The translations under genes and the position numbers were made by a program. Shown here in pieces: positions 37,050 to 46,211 of a DNA stretch of 48,180 nucleotides. This stretch comes from Fidelibacterota bacterium (GTDB lineage Bacteria > Fidelibacterota > Marinisomatia > Marinisomatales > Marinisomataceae). Within the stretch, counting starts at the first letter, position 1. The number at the start of each line of letters is the position of its first letter. Location: positions 1-48,180 of the forward strand of contig JAFMFP010000003.1 in assembly GCA_017856055.1 (NCBI GenBank), read 5' to 3'. The notes beneath the pieces were generated by a model. That model made no database searches. It was not told where the DNA came from and was given only the letters and a program-made list of their open reading frames with translations.

Positions 37050-38020
37050 TTAGTCTTGCTATCTCTAATATTGATGATTCCATAAGAGTCGATCAATTTC
37101 TTTCAGATAGATTTGATAATTTATCACGTTCAAAAATCCAAAAACTAATTCAAGATAATTCTATTTTAGTTAATGGTGAAAGTGTGAAAAAAAAATATCT
37201 TCTTCAAATTGGTGATAAAATTACTTTAGAGGAAAAAATTCTTAATCAAACTTTTAAAGAGATAATTCCATGGGATTACCCATTAGAAATTTTATATCAA
37301 GATGAAGATTTAGCTATAATTAATAAGCCAAAAGGGATTGTTGTCCACCCAACTACAGTAAATCAAGATCATACCCTAGTTAACATTCTACTTAGTCACT
37401 TTGATAAAAAAATTGACCAAAGTATAGATTCATTAAGACCAGGAATAGTTCATAGGCTTGATAAAGACACAACTGGAATTATGATCATTCCATTTACAAG
37501 TTATGCCCATTGGAAAATAGCTGAACAATTTAAGAATCGTGAAGTCAAGAAAGAATATTTAGCAATTACCTGGGGTTTGTGGAATGAAAAAGAAGGACTC
37601 GTTAATGATTACATTATTCGAAATAGATCAAATCCAAAACAATTTATATCTACCTCTTTAAAAAGGGGTAAGAATGCTACTACTAATTTTGAATTGGTAA
37701 AAAATGGTCAATATTTATCTTTAATAAAGTTTTTTCCAACTACTGGTAGAACTCATCAAATTAGAGTTCATTCAAAATCAAAAGGACATATTATTTTTGG
37801 CGATGATTTGTATGGAGGTGGATTGAGTAAAGCTAGGGAATATTCAAAAGATATTGCAGATAAAATGATTGAATACGCTAGTCCTGTAGCAGGACATTTT
37901 TTACATGCTGCTTCGATTTCATTTTTTCATCCAGTCCAGAATCAAACAATGACTTTTTCAGTCAATCCAGATGATCAATTTCAAAAGTTACAGAATGATA
38001 TTTTAAGTGAAGCAGTCTGA
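37046..38020 (+). CDS. rluD: RluA-family (RluD-like) 23S rRNA pseudouridine synthase
   Basis: S4 domain; NKPKG, RPGIVHRLDKDTTG and TGRTHQIRVH motifs. Confidence 0.9.
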   Translation: MISLAISNIDDSIRVDQFLSDRFDNLSRSKIQKLIQDNSILVNGESVKKKYLLQIGDKITLEEKILNQTFKEIIPWDYPLEILYQDEDLAIINKPKGIVVHPTTVNQDHTLVNILLSHFDKKIDQSIDSLRPGIVHRLDKDTTGIMIIPFTSYAHWKIAEQFKNREVKKEYLAITWGLWNEKEGLVNDYIIRNRSNPKQFISTSLKRGKNATTNFELVKNGQYLSLIKFFPTTGRTHQIRVHSKSKGHIIFGDDLYGGGLSKAREYSKDIADKMIEYASPVAGHFLHAASISFFHPVQNQTMTFSVNPDDQFQKLQNDILSEAV

Positions 38021-38933
38021 TAAAAATATCCAAGAATTTCTCACCTTTTTGAAATTTGAGAGGAGATTCTCTCAGAAAACCATTGAAGCCTATGGTAAAG
38101 ATATTGAGGATTTTTTCAGTTTTGTTCAAAAAAAAGGAAAGAAGTTTAGTCAAGTAAATAAAGATCTCATTTTCGAATATCATCAAGATATAGAATTACA
38201 AATAAGTCCGAGGACTTTTTCTAGAAAACTTTCTTCTTTAAGAACATTTTTTCGTTTTTTGAACCATGAAGGAATTATTAATGATTCAGTTATGTATGAA
38301 GTAAAGTCTTATCCCTCTCCAAAGTTCAAAAAGCATATCCCATCCTATATATCCAAAAAGCAGTTTTCTCAATTAATTGAAGATATCAAGGATGACAGTT
38401 CTTTGGCTGATTTTGAGAGATTTAGGAATTTATCTATACTAAGCCTTTTCTTTTCTTCGGGACTTCGTTTAGAAGAATTAACCAGCATTAAAAGATCCGA
38501 TATTGATTTTCATTCCAATACGATCAAAGTATTAGGAAAAGGTAATAAAGAAAGAATCATTAATTTTGACAGTTTGACCAATGATTTTTTGGAAAAATTT
38601 ATTCAAATCTTTGACAGAATCGACTTGAATAAAATCAAAGTGAGTGATAACTTGTTTTGCAAAAAATTAAAGAATGAATTTTGTAAATTGTCAAGATTTA
38701 ACATTCAATATATTGTGATGAATAGTTTAAAAAAATTAAATATTAATTCTGTAGGTCCTCACACCTTGAGACATTCTTTTGCAACGCATTTGTTAAATAG
38801 TGGTGTTGAATTAAATGCAATTAAAGAATTAATGGGTCATGAAAGTATTTCATCGACTCAAGTATATACCCATGTTAATATTGCTAAACTTACGGAAGAA
38901 TTAGAAAATGCTCACCCTAGAGGTAAAAAATGA
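38007..38933 (+). CDS. xerC: tyrosine recombinase XerC/XerD
   Basis: SGLRLEEL, VLGKGNKER, PHTLRHSFATHLL, LMGHESISSTQVYTHV and AHPR motifs; housekeeping context. Confidence 0.85.
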   Translation: MKQSDKNIQEFLTFLKFERRFSQKTIEAYGKDIEDFFSFVQKKGKKFSQVNKDLIFEYHQDIELQISPRTFSRKLSSLRTFFRFLNHEGIINDSVMYEVKSYPSPKFKKHIPSYISKKQFSQLIEDIKDDSSLADFERFRNLSILSLFFSSGLRLEELTSIKRSDIDFHSNTIKVLGKGNKERIINFDSLTNDFLEKFIQIFDRIDLNKIKVSDNLFCKKLKNEFCKLSRFNIQYIVMNSLKKLNINSVGPHTLRHSFATHLLNSGVELNAIKELMGHESISSTQVYTHVNIAKLTEELENAHPRGKK

Positions 38934-40522
38934 ATTTAGAATATCTAGGAATATCTAATAAAAATTTTATAGTCAATGCTTCCCCAAAAGCTCTAGTTAA
39001 TAAAGCTATTAAAGATAATGAGGGGGTAATTGGTTTAAATGGTTCTTTAATGGTGGATACAGGTGAATTTTCTGGAAGAATACCTAATGATAAATTTATA
39101 GTGGATAATCCTGATTCTTCTGACAAAATATGGTGGGGAGAGGTTAATCAAAAAATTTCTTCTGAAAATTTTGATCATCTTTTACATAAAGTAGTATCTT
39201 CTTATAATACTCATGAAAATACTTTTCATATTTTCGATGGTTCAGCTGGAGATTCTAGTCGCTATAATTTCAGAGTTCGTTTCTTGACCAAAAAAGCTTG
39301 GCAATCTTTATTTGTTAACAATATGTTTTTAAGATATCGACGCGAGAATGAACTTCAAAATTTTGAGCCTGATTTTACTATTATCAATGCCTTTGATGTT
39401 AAAGAAAAAGACTGGAAAAAATACGGACTAAATTCTGAAAACTTCATAGTGTTTAATATTGAAAAAAAGATTGGAATCATTGGGGGTACCGAATACGCAG
39501 GGGAAATGAAAAAAGGTATTTTTTCTATGTTGCATTACTATCTTCCTCAACAAGGTGTGTTCTCAATGCATTGTTCTGCAAATGTTTCTGAAAAATTTGA
39601 TAATACTGTGATCTTCTTTGGATTATCAGGAACAGGGAAAACTACCTTAAGTACTAATATGAATCGCCCACTTATTGGTGATGATGAGCATGGTTGGTCT
39701 AATACTGGTGTTTACAATTTTGAGGGTGGATGTTATGCTAAAGCAATCAATTTAGATAAAGATAAAGAGCCTGAAATTTATAATGCTATTCGCTTTGGAA
39801 CATTATTAGAAAACGTAGTTTATGATCCCATTACCTACCAGGTAGATTTTGATGATAATTCTAAAAGTGAAAATTCAAGAGTCTGTTACCCAATTCATTA
39901 TGTTGATAATTCTCTTGCGTCACGTGGAAAAAGAAGTTTCGGTCCTCACCCAAAATCCATAATTTTTCTTACTTGCGATGCTTATGGCATTATGCCTCCT
40001 GTGTCACGCTTAACCAAAAAACAAGCGATGTATCATTTTATATCAGGGTATACTGCAAAAATGGCAGGCACTGAAACTGGAGTAAAAGAGCCAAAAGCTG
40101 CATTTTCCCCCTGTTATGGTGGACCTTTTCTTACACTTCATCCTTTAAAATATGCTGAATTATTAGAGAAAAAAATGGATGAACATAACTGTAATGTTTA
40201 CATGGTAAACACTGGTTGGTCTGGATCTTCAGCATCCAGTGGTAGTTCAAGAATTTCTTTGAAAGATACTAGAAAAATAATCGATTCAATTATTAATGAA
40301 AGTCTTGATTTTTCATCTCCCATAAAAGATGATTTTTTTGGGTTTGAAATTCCAAAAATCGAAGGATTTAATGAAGAATTTCTTGTTCCTCTTAAAGCAT
40401 GGAAAAACGTTGATGAATATCATCAAGTTGGTTCAATGTTAACAAAGTCATTTGTGAAAAACTTTGAAAAATATAATATCACTGATCAAGAAATTCTGAA
40501 TTCTGGTCCATCAGTAAAATAA
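38930..40522 (+). CDS. pckA: phosphoenolpyruvate carboxykinase (ATP)
   Basis: YAGEMKK, MHCSAN, GLSGTGKTTLS, IGDDEHGW and EGGCYAK motifs. Confidence 0.96.
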   Translation: MNLEYLGISNKNFIVNASPKALVNKAIKDNEGVIGLNGSLMVDTGEFSGRIPNDKFIVDNPDSSDKIWWGEVNQKISSENFDHLLHKVVSSYNTHENTFHIFDGSAGDSSRYNFRVRFLTKKAWQSLFVNNMFLRYRRENELQNFEPDFTIINAFDVKEKDWKKYGLNSENFIVFNIEKKIGIIGGTEYAGEMKKGIFSMLHYYLPQQGVFSMHCSANVSEKFDNTVIFFGLSGTGKTTLSTNMNRPLIGDDEHGWSNTGVYNFEGGCYAKAINLDKDKEPEIYNAIRFGTLLENVVYDPITYQVDFDDNSKSENSRVCYPIHYVDNSLASRGKRSFGPHPKSIIFLTCDAYGIMPPVSRLTKKQAMYHFISGYTAKMAGTETGVKEPKAAFSPCYGGPFLTLHPLKYAELLEKKMDEHNCNVYMVNTGWSGSSASSGSSRISLKDTRKIIDSIINESLDFSSPIKDDFFGFEIPKIEGFNEEFLVPLKAWKNVDEYHQVGSMLTKSFVKNFEKYNITDQEILNSGPSVK

Positions 40523-40597
40523 CTTATCAAATCACGACACTATTTTTATTGATAGACTTCATATTTATTAAATGAATTTTTAAAAAAAGGAGTAAAA

Positions 40598-41074
40598 ATG
40601 GCAACTTTAATTTTAAGAGATACTCATAGAGCTCTTGAAAATGAAATGAAAGAACTTGAAAAGCAGAAAAGAGAGAATTCTGTTCAAATTAAAGAAGCAG
40701 CAGATCAAGGTGACTTGAAAGAGAACGCAGAATATCATGCCGCTAGAGAAAAACAAAGTCTTATTGTTTATAAAATTCAGTTGATGCAATCTTATTCACC
40801 TTTTAAAATGATTGAGAATAGTGACATTGGAACAGATCAAGTAGGTTTTGGAAATAAGGTCGGTATTTTAGAAGAAGGAAAATCTAAACCTGAAGATTAC
40901 TACTTGCTTGGTCCAGTTGAATCAGAGTTGGACCTTTACCCATTTATTGTAACATACCACTCACCTTTTGGAAAAGCAATGATGGGTAAAAAAGTTGGGG
41001 AAAATTTTTCTTTAGAAATTAATGGAAATGAAATCAAGTTTACTATTGATTCAATTAGTAAAATCAACACTTAG
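40598..41074 (+). CDS. greA: transcription elongation factor GreA/GreB family
   Basis: GDLKENAEYHAAREKQ and SPFGKAMMGKKVGE motifs; AAGGAG RBS. Confidence 0.88.
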   Translation: MATLILRDTHRALENEMKELEKQKRENSVQIKEAADQGDLKENAEYHAAREKQSLIVYKIQLMQSYSPFKMIENSDIGTDQVGFGNKVGILEEGKSKPEDYYLLGPVESELDLYPFIVTYHSPFGKAMMGKKVGENFSLEINGNEIKFTIDSISKINT

Positions 41075-42157
41075 TTATTTCCTCGCACTCAACATTAAAT
41101 AAATACCAAGAAGTAAAAAGATAAAGTTAGATAGCCAGACTCCAATGAATGGCGATAAGACTCCAGCATAGGCTAAAGATTGACCTAGCTTTAATAAAAT
41201 TATATAGCTAAGCACTATACCGAGGCTGATTCCGATACCCTGTGTTAAAGAGGTGTTAGATCGATATACTGAAATTGGGATTCCACAAAAAACCAAGATA
41301 AAGCATATAAACGCATAAGCAATTTTATATTCAAGATCTACTTTCCATCTTTTGGCATTGATTCCATTGGATTCTAAAAAACTAATCTGTTTTTTCAAAT
41401 TTTTATAGGTCATTTCGCTTGAAATTTCTCCAACAGAGAGAATATCATCCAATGAAAATTGCAATTGAATTAAGGAGTCACTTTCAGAAATGATTGTTGA
41501 GAATTCTAATCCTTCTTTATCAAACTTTCTTATTGAATAATTGGAAATATTCCATTTATTTTCTTCTATCCAAGCAGCATTTTTGGCATCAATTCTTTCT
41601 ATAACGACGTTCGAATTAAGATTTAATTGATTCATAGAAAAAATCTGATTTTCTTTCATATTAAAAAACTCGATACTGATTAGAAAATCTTCATTTTTAA
41701 GAAAATAAATATTTTCTATATCGCTATTTTTTTTCACTGTCTTTGAAATAGCTTGTTCTTTGATTTGCTCTTTTAGGATATTGGAAGGAATAACAATATT
41801 ATTTTCTAAATAAAAAGAAAAAAGGCTAATAAAAATTCCTAATGAGAGCATTGGTGCAATCAGTCGATATAAGCTCCAACCTGAAGATTTTAAAACTAAC
41901 CATTCTTTATTTTGGGTCATTATCCCAAATGTGAAAACTGAAGCTACTAAACATGAAATTGGTAAAGATAAAAGCAACATGGATGGCAAAGAGTAGTAGT
42001 AATAATAAAGATAAACTTCTCTAGGAGATTCATTGTCTATAAATTTATTTAAATTCTCAAAAATATCGACAATAAGAGAAATCAAAGTGAGAAATACTAA
42101 AAGAAGAATGAAGTTTTTTAGAAATTGTGTTAATATATAAAAGTCAATTTTTTTCAT
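41075..42157 (-). CDS. lptG: LPS export ABC transporter permease LptG (LptF/G family)
   Basis: MKKIDFYI start; 3+3 TM with a periplasmic beta domain; EWLVLKSSGWS and WLSNFIF motifs. Confidence 0.85.
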   Translation of the reverse strand: MKKIDFYILTQFLKNFILLLVFLTLISLIVDIFENLNKFIDNESPREVYLYYYYYSLPSMLLLSLPISCLVASVFTFGIMTQNKEWLVLKSSGWSLYRLIAPMLSLGIFISLFSFYLENNIVIPSNILKEQIKEQAISKTVKKNSDIENIYFLKNEDFLISIEFFNMKENQIFSMNQLNLNSNVVIERIDAKNAAWIEENKWNISNYSIRKFDKEGLEFSTIISESDSLIQLQFSLDDILSVGEISSEMTYKNLKKQISFLESNGINAKRWKVDLEYKIAYAFICFILVFCGIPISVYRSNTSLTQGIGISLGIVLSYIILLKLGQSLAYAGVLSPFIGVWLSNFIFLLLGIYLMLSARK

Positions 42158-42176
42158 TATATTGTTAACTTAAAAA

Positions 42177-43553
42177 ATGATTGAAACAATTAATATTTTT
42201 TTTGCCAATCTTTCAAATTTTCTTTGGGGAAGCTATGGTATTTCCAATCTAGTAATTGGGGGAGGTGCATTTTTTTTAATTAGATCTCGTTTAACTCCTT
42301 TCAGATATTTAAAGCATGGATTTGCAATCCTTTTAGGTAAATATGATAACAAAGATGACGAAGGTCAAATTTCGCATTTTCAAGCCTTATCTACTGCATT
42401 ATCAGGGACTGTAGGTATTGGAAATATTGCAGGGGTTGCGTTAGCGATTAGTATTGGAGGACCTGGAGCTCTTTTTTGGATGTGGGTTAGTTCAGTGCTT
42501 GGGATGGCAACAAAATTCTATACATGTTCATTAGGAATTCTTTTTCGCGGAAGAGACTCTGCTGGAGTGTTGCAGGGCGGACCAATGTATGTCATTGAAG
42601 AGGGAATGGGAAAAAAATATAAATTTTTAGCCTATTGGTTTAGTCTTGCTGGACTTATAGGATGTCTATCTTTATTTCAATCTAATCAGCTTACTCAAAT
42701 TATCCATGATCAGATTATAAATATTAGCTCTTCAAACTTTGATCATTTCTTTTTAAAACTTGGAATCGGGTTACTCATAGCATTTATTGTTGCATTAGTA
42801 GTTTTTGGCGGTATAAATAGAATAGCTGAAGTTGCATCTAAGTTGGTTCCATTAATGATTTTAGTGTATATGGTAGGTGGGATAGCGATTCTCCTCTTAA
42901 ACTTAAACCAACTTTTATCCATATTTCAATTAATACTCACATCTGCTTTTCAGGGGAGCGCAGTAGCAGGAGGTTTTGTTGGTGTTTCAATCGTAATTAG
43001 CCAGGGGTTTAGGCGAGCAGCATTCTCTAATGAAGCAGGAATGGGAACAGAAGTAATGGCAATTAGTGCTACTAAAAATAATGAGCCAATTCGTTCAGGA
43101 TTAGTTGCGATGATTGGTCCTATTATTGATACCTTAATTGTTTGCAGTATTACTGGATTTGTCATTCTTTTATCTAATGATTGGTCCCAAGGGCAACTTT
43201 CAGGAGTATCATTAACTCAAGCAGCTTTTGAGAATCATTTAGGAGTTATTGGAAGAATAATTGTTTTTTTCTCTGTAGTTACTTTCGGATTATCTACCAT
43301 GTTTGGATATTCTTATTATGGGTGCAAATGCGCTTCATATCTTTTTGGTGTTGAAGCAAAACAGATTTATAGAATTTTTTACATTGCAACGATAGCGATT
43401 AGTGCAGTGTTATCTATTGATTTAGCAATCAACATTTTAGATTCGATGTTTGCTTTGATGGCATTTCCTACAATGATTTCAGCAATTTACTTAGCTCCAA
43501 ATATCAATAAAGAAGCAAAAAAATATTTTTTAAATCTTAAGAAGGAGAAATAA
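42177..43553 (+). CDS. alanine/glycine:cation symporter (AgcS/AlsT family)
   Basis: GTVGIGNIAGVA, GGPGALFWMW, GGPMY, FSNEAGMG and IDTLIVC motifs. Confidence 0.93.
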   Translation: MIETINIFFANLSNFLWGSYGISNLVIGGGAFFLIRSRLTPFRYLKHGFAILLGKYDNKDDEGQISHFQALSTALSGTVGIGNIAGVALAISIGGPGALFWMWVSSVLGMATKFYTCSLGILFRGRDSAGVLQGGPMYVIEEGMGKKYKFLAYWFSLAGLIGCLSLFQSNQLTQIIHDQIINISSSNFDHFFLKLGIGLLIAFIVALVVFGGINRIAEVASKLVPLMILVYMVGGIAILLLNLNQLLSIFQLILTSAFQGSAVAGGFVGVSIVISQGFRRAAFSNEAGMGTEVMAISATKNNEPIRSGLVAMIGPIIDTLIVCSITGFVILLSNDWSQGQLSGVSLTQAAFENHLGVIGRIIVFFSVVTFGLSTMFGYSYYGCKCASYLFGVEAKQIYRIFYIATIAISAVLSIDLAINILDSMFALMAFPTMISAIYLAPNINKEAKKYFLNLKKEK

Positions 43554-44297
43554 ATGAAAAATATATTCATCTTTGATATGGATGGAACACTTACTCCATC
43601 TAGACGTTCTATGACTGAAAATTTTGAGATATTTTTTTCTGATTGGGCTGAAAGAAATTTATTTTATTTAGTGAGCGGAAGTAATCTAGAAAAAATAAAA
43701 GAACAAGTGCCCCAATATATTTTAGATCGTTCTAAAGGAGTTTTTACCTGTGGAGGAAATCAACTTTGGATGTCAGGCAAGCTTATTTATGATCATAAAT
43801 TTCCACCACCTCAAGACTTGATTGATTTTCTTGAAGAAAAGCTTTCTTTAAGCAAATATCCTAAAAGAACTGGAAACCATATAGAAGATAGAGGCTCTAT
43901 GTTAAACTTTAGTATAGTTGGAAGAAATTGTTCCCTTGAAGAGAGGTTAGACTATTTTGATTATGATCAAAAGTACAATGAAAGATTAAAAATTTCTCAA
44001 GAAATTATAAGCAAATGGGATAATTTAGATGCTGTAATTGGTGGACAAATATCAATAGATATTACGCCAAAAGGAATGAATAAGTCTCAAGTATTAAATG
44101 AAATCAAAAAATATTTTCCTAATGAAAAATATATTTTTATTGGAGATCGAACTTTTGAAGGCGGGAACGATTATCCATTAGCTTATATAATGTTAAAAAC
44201 CGATAATTGTTCTGTATATCAAGCTGGTGAGCCTTCTGCAGAAGATGGATATAAAGCAACTAAACAAATTCTTTTAAAGCTTGAAAATGAACGATAA
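43554..44297 (+). CDS. HAD-IIB phosphomannomutase, eukaryotic PMM type
   Basis: FDMDGTLTPSR, VSGS, IEDRGSMLNFSIVGR, GGQISID and FIGDRTFEGGNDY motifs match PMM2/SEC53. Confidence 0.85.
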   Translation: MKNIFIFDMDGTLTPSRRSMTENFEIFFSDWAERNLFYLVSGSNLEKIKEQVPQYILDRSKGVFTCGGNQLWMSGKLIYDHKFPPPQDLIDFLEEKLSLSKYPKRTGNHIEDRGSMLNFSIVGRNCSLEERLDYFDYDQKYNERLKISQEIISKWDNLDAVIGGQISIDITPKGMNKSQVLNEIKKYFPNEKYIFIGDRTFEGGNDYPLAYIMLKTDNCSVYQAGEPSAEDGYKATKQILLKLENER

Positions 44298-45243
44298 TTT
44301 GCATCTCTATAAGGCACGTTTTGAATCTGAGCTGACTAATTTTTTTAGCCAAACTGGTCCTAAATATTTATATGATCCTATAAAATATTTTATGTTGTCA
44401 GGTGGCAAAAGATTGAGGCCCTCAATAGTTCTTTTTCTTGGTGATTTTCTAAAAAATAACCCCAATGATATGATGAATGCAGCCTTGGGCGTAGAATTTC
44501 TACATTGTTTTTCCTTAGTTCATGATGATATAATGGATGAAGATGATTTAAGGCATAATCAAGAAACGATTCACAAAAAATGGGATAATGCTAGTGCAGT
44601 ATTATCTGGTGATGGGTTAGGTGCATTAGGTCCTATTTATATAAGTAAAATTGAAAAAAATACGTTGGAGATTTTAAGGAAATATAATCGAGTCATTCTT
44701 GAAATTTGTGAGGGGCAGGCTTATGATATGCAATTTGAAAATCAAAATATTGTTTCTGATGATTATATTCTAATGAGCTCAAAAAAAACTGGTGTTCTTT
44801 TTCAATTATGCTTTGAAATACCGGTTATCAATAATGGAGAAAACTCAGAATTATTAGAATTATTTAGTTTAATTGGACTCAATTTAGGAATCATATTTCA
44901 GATTCAAGATGATGTTTTAGAAGTTGATAATCTTGAATCAGATATTGGTAAAAGTATTTTTTCAGATATTAAACGAAATAAAAAAACTATTTTAACATCC
45001 TTAGCATTTGAACATTTGGGAGAGAATTGGCTTGATTTTCAAAATAATATCTCTCAACATAATCATTCTTTGAAGAGAACTATGTTAATTCAATATTTGA
45101 AGGATAACAAAGTTGATGTATTGGCTAGGGAGAAGGTTGATTTTTATAAACATAAAGTATTTGACAATGTTAAAAAGCTTCCAACAATTTTTCAGGAACC
45201 GATAAACGATACTATTAGTTTAATAATAAGGAGAAAAAAATAA
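44287..45243 (+). CDS. polyprenyl diphosphate synthase (IspA/GGPPS family)
   Basis: GGKRLRP, SLVHDDIMDEDDLR, EGQAYD, KKT and FQIQDD motifs. Confidence 0.92.
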   Translation: MNDNLHLYKARFESELTNFFSQTGPKYLYDPIKYFMLSGGKRLRPSIVLFLGDFLKNNPNDMMNAALGVEFLHCFSLVHDDIMDEDDLRHNQETIHKKWDNASAVLSGDGLGALGPIYISKIEKNTLEILRKYNRVILEICEGQAYDMQFENQNIVSDDYILMSSKKTGVLFQLCFEIPVINNGENSELLELFSLIGLNLGIIFQIQDDVLEVDNLESDIGKSIFSDIKRNKKTILTSLAFEHLGENWLDFQNNISQHNHSLKRTMLIQYLKDNKVDVLAREKVDFYKHKVFDNVKKLPTIFQEPINDTISLIIRRKK

Positions 45244-46211
45244 TGTTCAACGATCTTAAAGGTTTTTCTAATCATATTAATTCTGTAATACAAGAATTGA
45301 AAGTTTTTGATTTTCCTTATAGAAAATTTGATAAAGTAGTTATTGTTGGAATGGGAGGATCTGCAATCGCAGGTTCATTAGCAAAAGAGTTAGCATCTTT
45401 TGAACATAATATTTTTATTGAAAGGGGATATAAGCCTACAGTTAAAATAGATAGCAAGACTTTAGTCATTGTTTCATCGTATTCTGGGAATACAGAGGAG
45501 ACTCTCAGTTATTTCTCTAAAATACTCAATCAAACAACAATGATTTATGGAATTTGTTCAGGAGGGAAATTGCTTGAAGAATTAAAAAATAATAATTTTC
45601 CACTTTATCTTCTTCCCGGTGGATTTTCTCCAAGAGCTACATTAGGGTTTACGCTTACTTTATTGATTAAAATCCTTAATGAAAAATTATTAGAAAAATA
45701 TGATTTGGACTTATTTAATAATTTAACAGAATCTTTTCCAACAGAAAATTCAATAGTTTACAGAGATGCATTAAAGATATTTAACACTTTTCCAGTTATT
45801 GTTACTGAAGAAGAGAATTTTTCAATAGGATATCGATTTAAATGTCAGTTGAATGAAAATAGTAAAATGCTTGCTTATAATCTTTCCATTCCAGAAATGA
45901 ATCATAATGAAATCATTGGATGGGAAGGAGATTTAATTGATAAAAATTTCTGCATGGTTTTTTTGATAGACCAAGTTAGTTCTTATCATAGAAATATAAA
46001 GAGGAAAGAAATCACATCAAAGATTCTACCAGATAACGTAAAACAGCTTGAAATAGAACTTCCTTCTCAAATATCCAGTAATCTTTTAATGAAGTATTTC
46101 TATTGGATTCATTACACAGATTGGATGTCTTATTGGTGTGGAATTTTGAGAAATGTTGATATTGAAGCAGTGAAATCTATAGATTTCTTAAAAAAACAGC
46201 TATCTAGCTAA
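45243..46211 (+). CDS. bifunctional phosphoglucose/phosphomannose isomerase (SIS family)
   Basis: GMGGSAIAG, SYSGNTEET, SGGKL, PR, RFKCQLNENSK and PEMNHNEI motifs. Confidence 0.9.
   Translation: MFNDLKGFSNHINSVIQELKVFDFPYRKFDKVVIVGMGGSAIAGSLAKELASFEHNIFIERGYKPTVKIDSKTLVIVSSYSGNTEETLSYFSKILNQTTMIYGICSGGKLLEELKNNNFPLYLLPGGFSPRATLGFTLTLLIKILNEKLLEKYDLDLFNNLTESFPTENSIVYRDALKIFNTFPVIVTEEENFSIGYRFKCQLNENSKMLAYNLSIPEMNHNEIIGWEGDLIDKNFCMVFLIDQVSSYHRNIKRKEITSKILPDNVKQLEIELPSQISSNLLMKYFYWIHYTDWMSYWCGILRNVDIEAVKSIDFLKKQLSS

Noticed and set aside
38007-38933. Tyrosine recombinase as a prophage or island integrase
   Set aside because: XerC/D-type motifs and size; overlaps rluD and pckA; no tRNA, att repeats or phage genes nearby.
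40525-40554. TATCAA...TTGATA inverted repeat between pckA and greA as a terminator or operator
   Set aside because: Only a 6-bp AT-rich stem with an 18-nt loop; likely chance at this composition.
7604-44286. ORF-track N-terminal extensions (7604, 19034, 28081, 31433, 36184, 44281)
   Set aside because: Downstream starts fit RBS position, signal peptides or short stop/start overlaps better.
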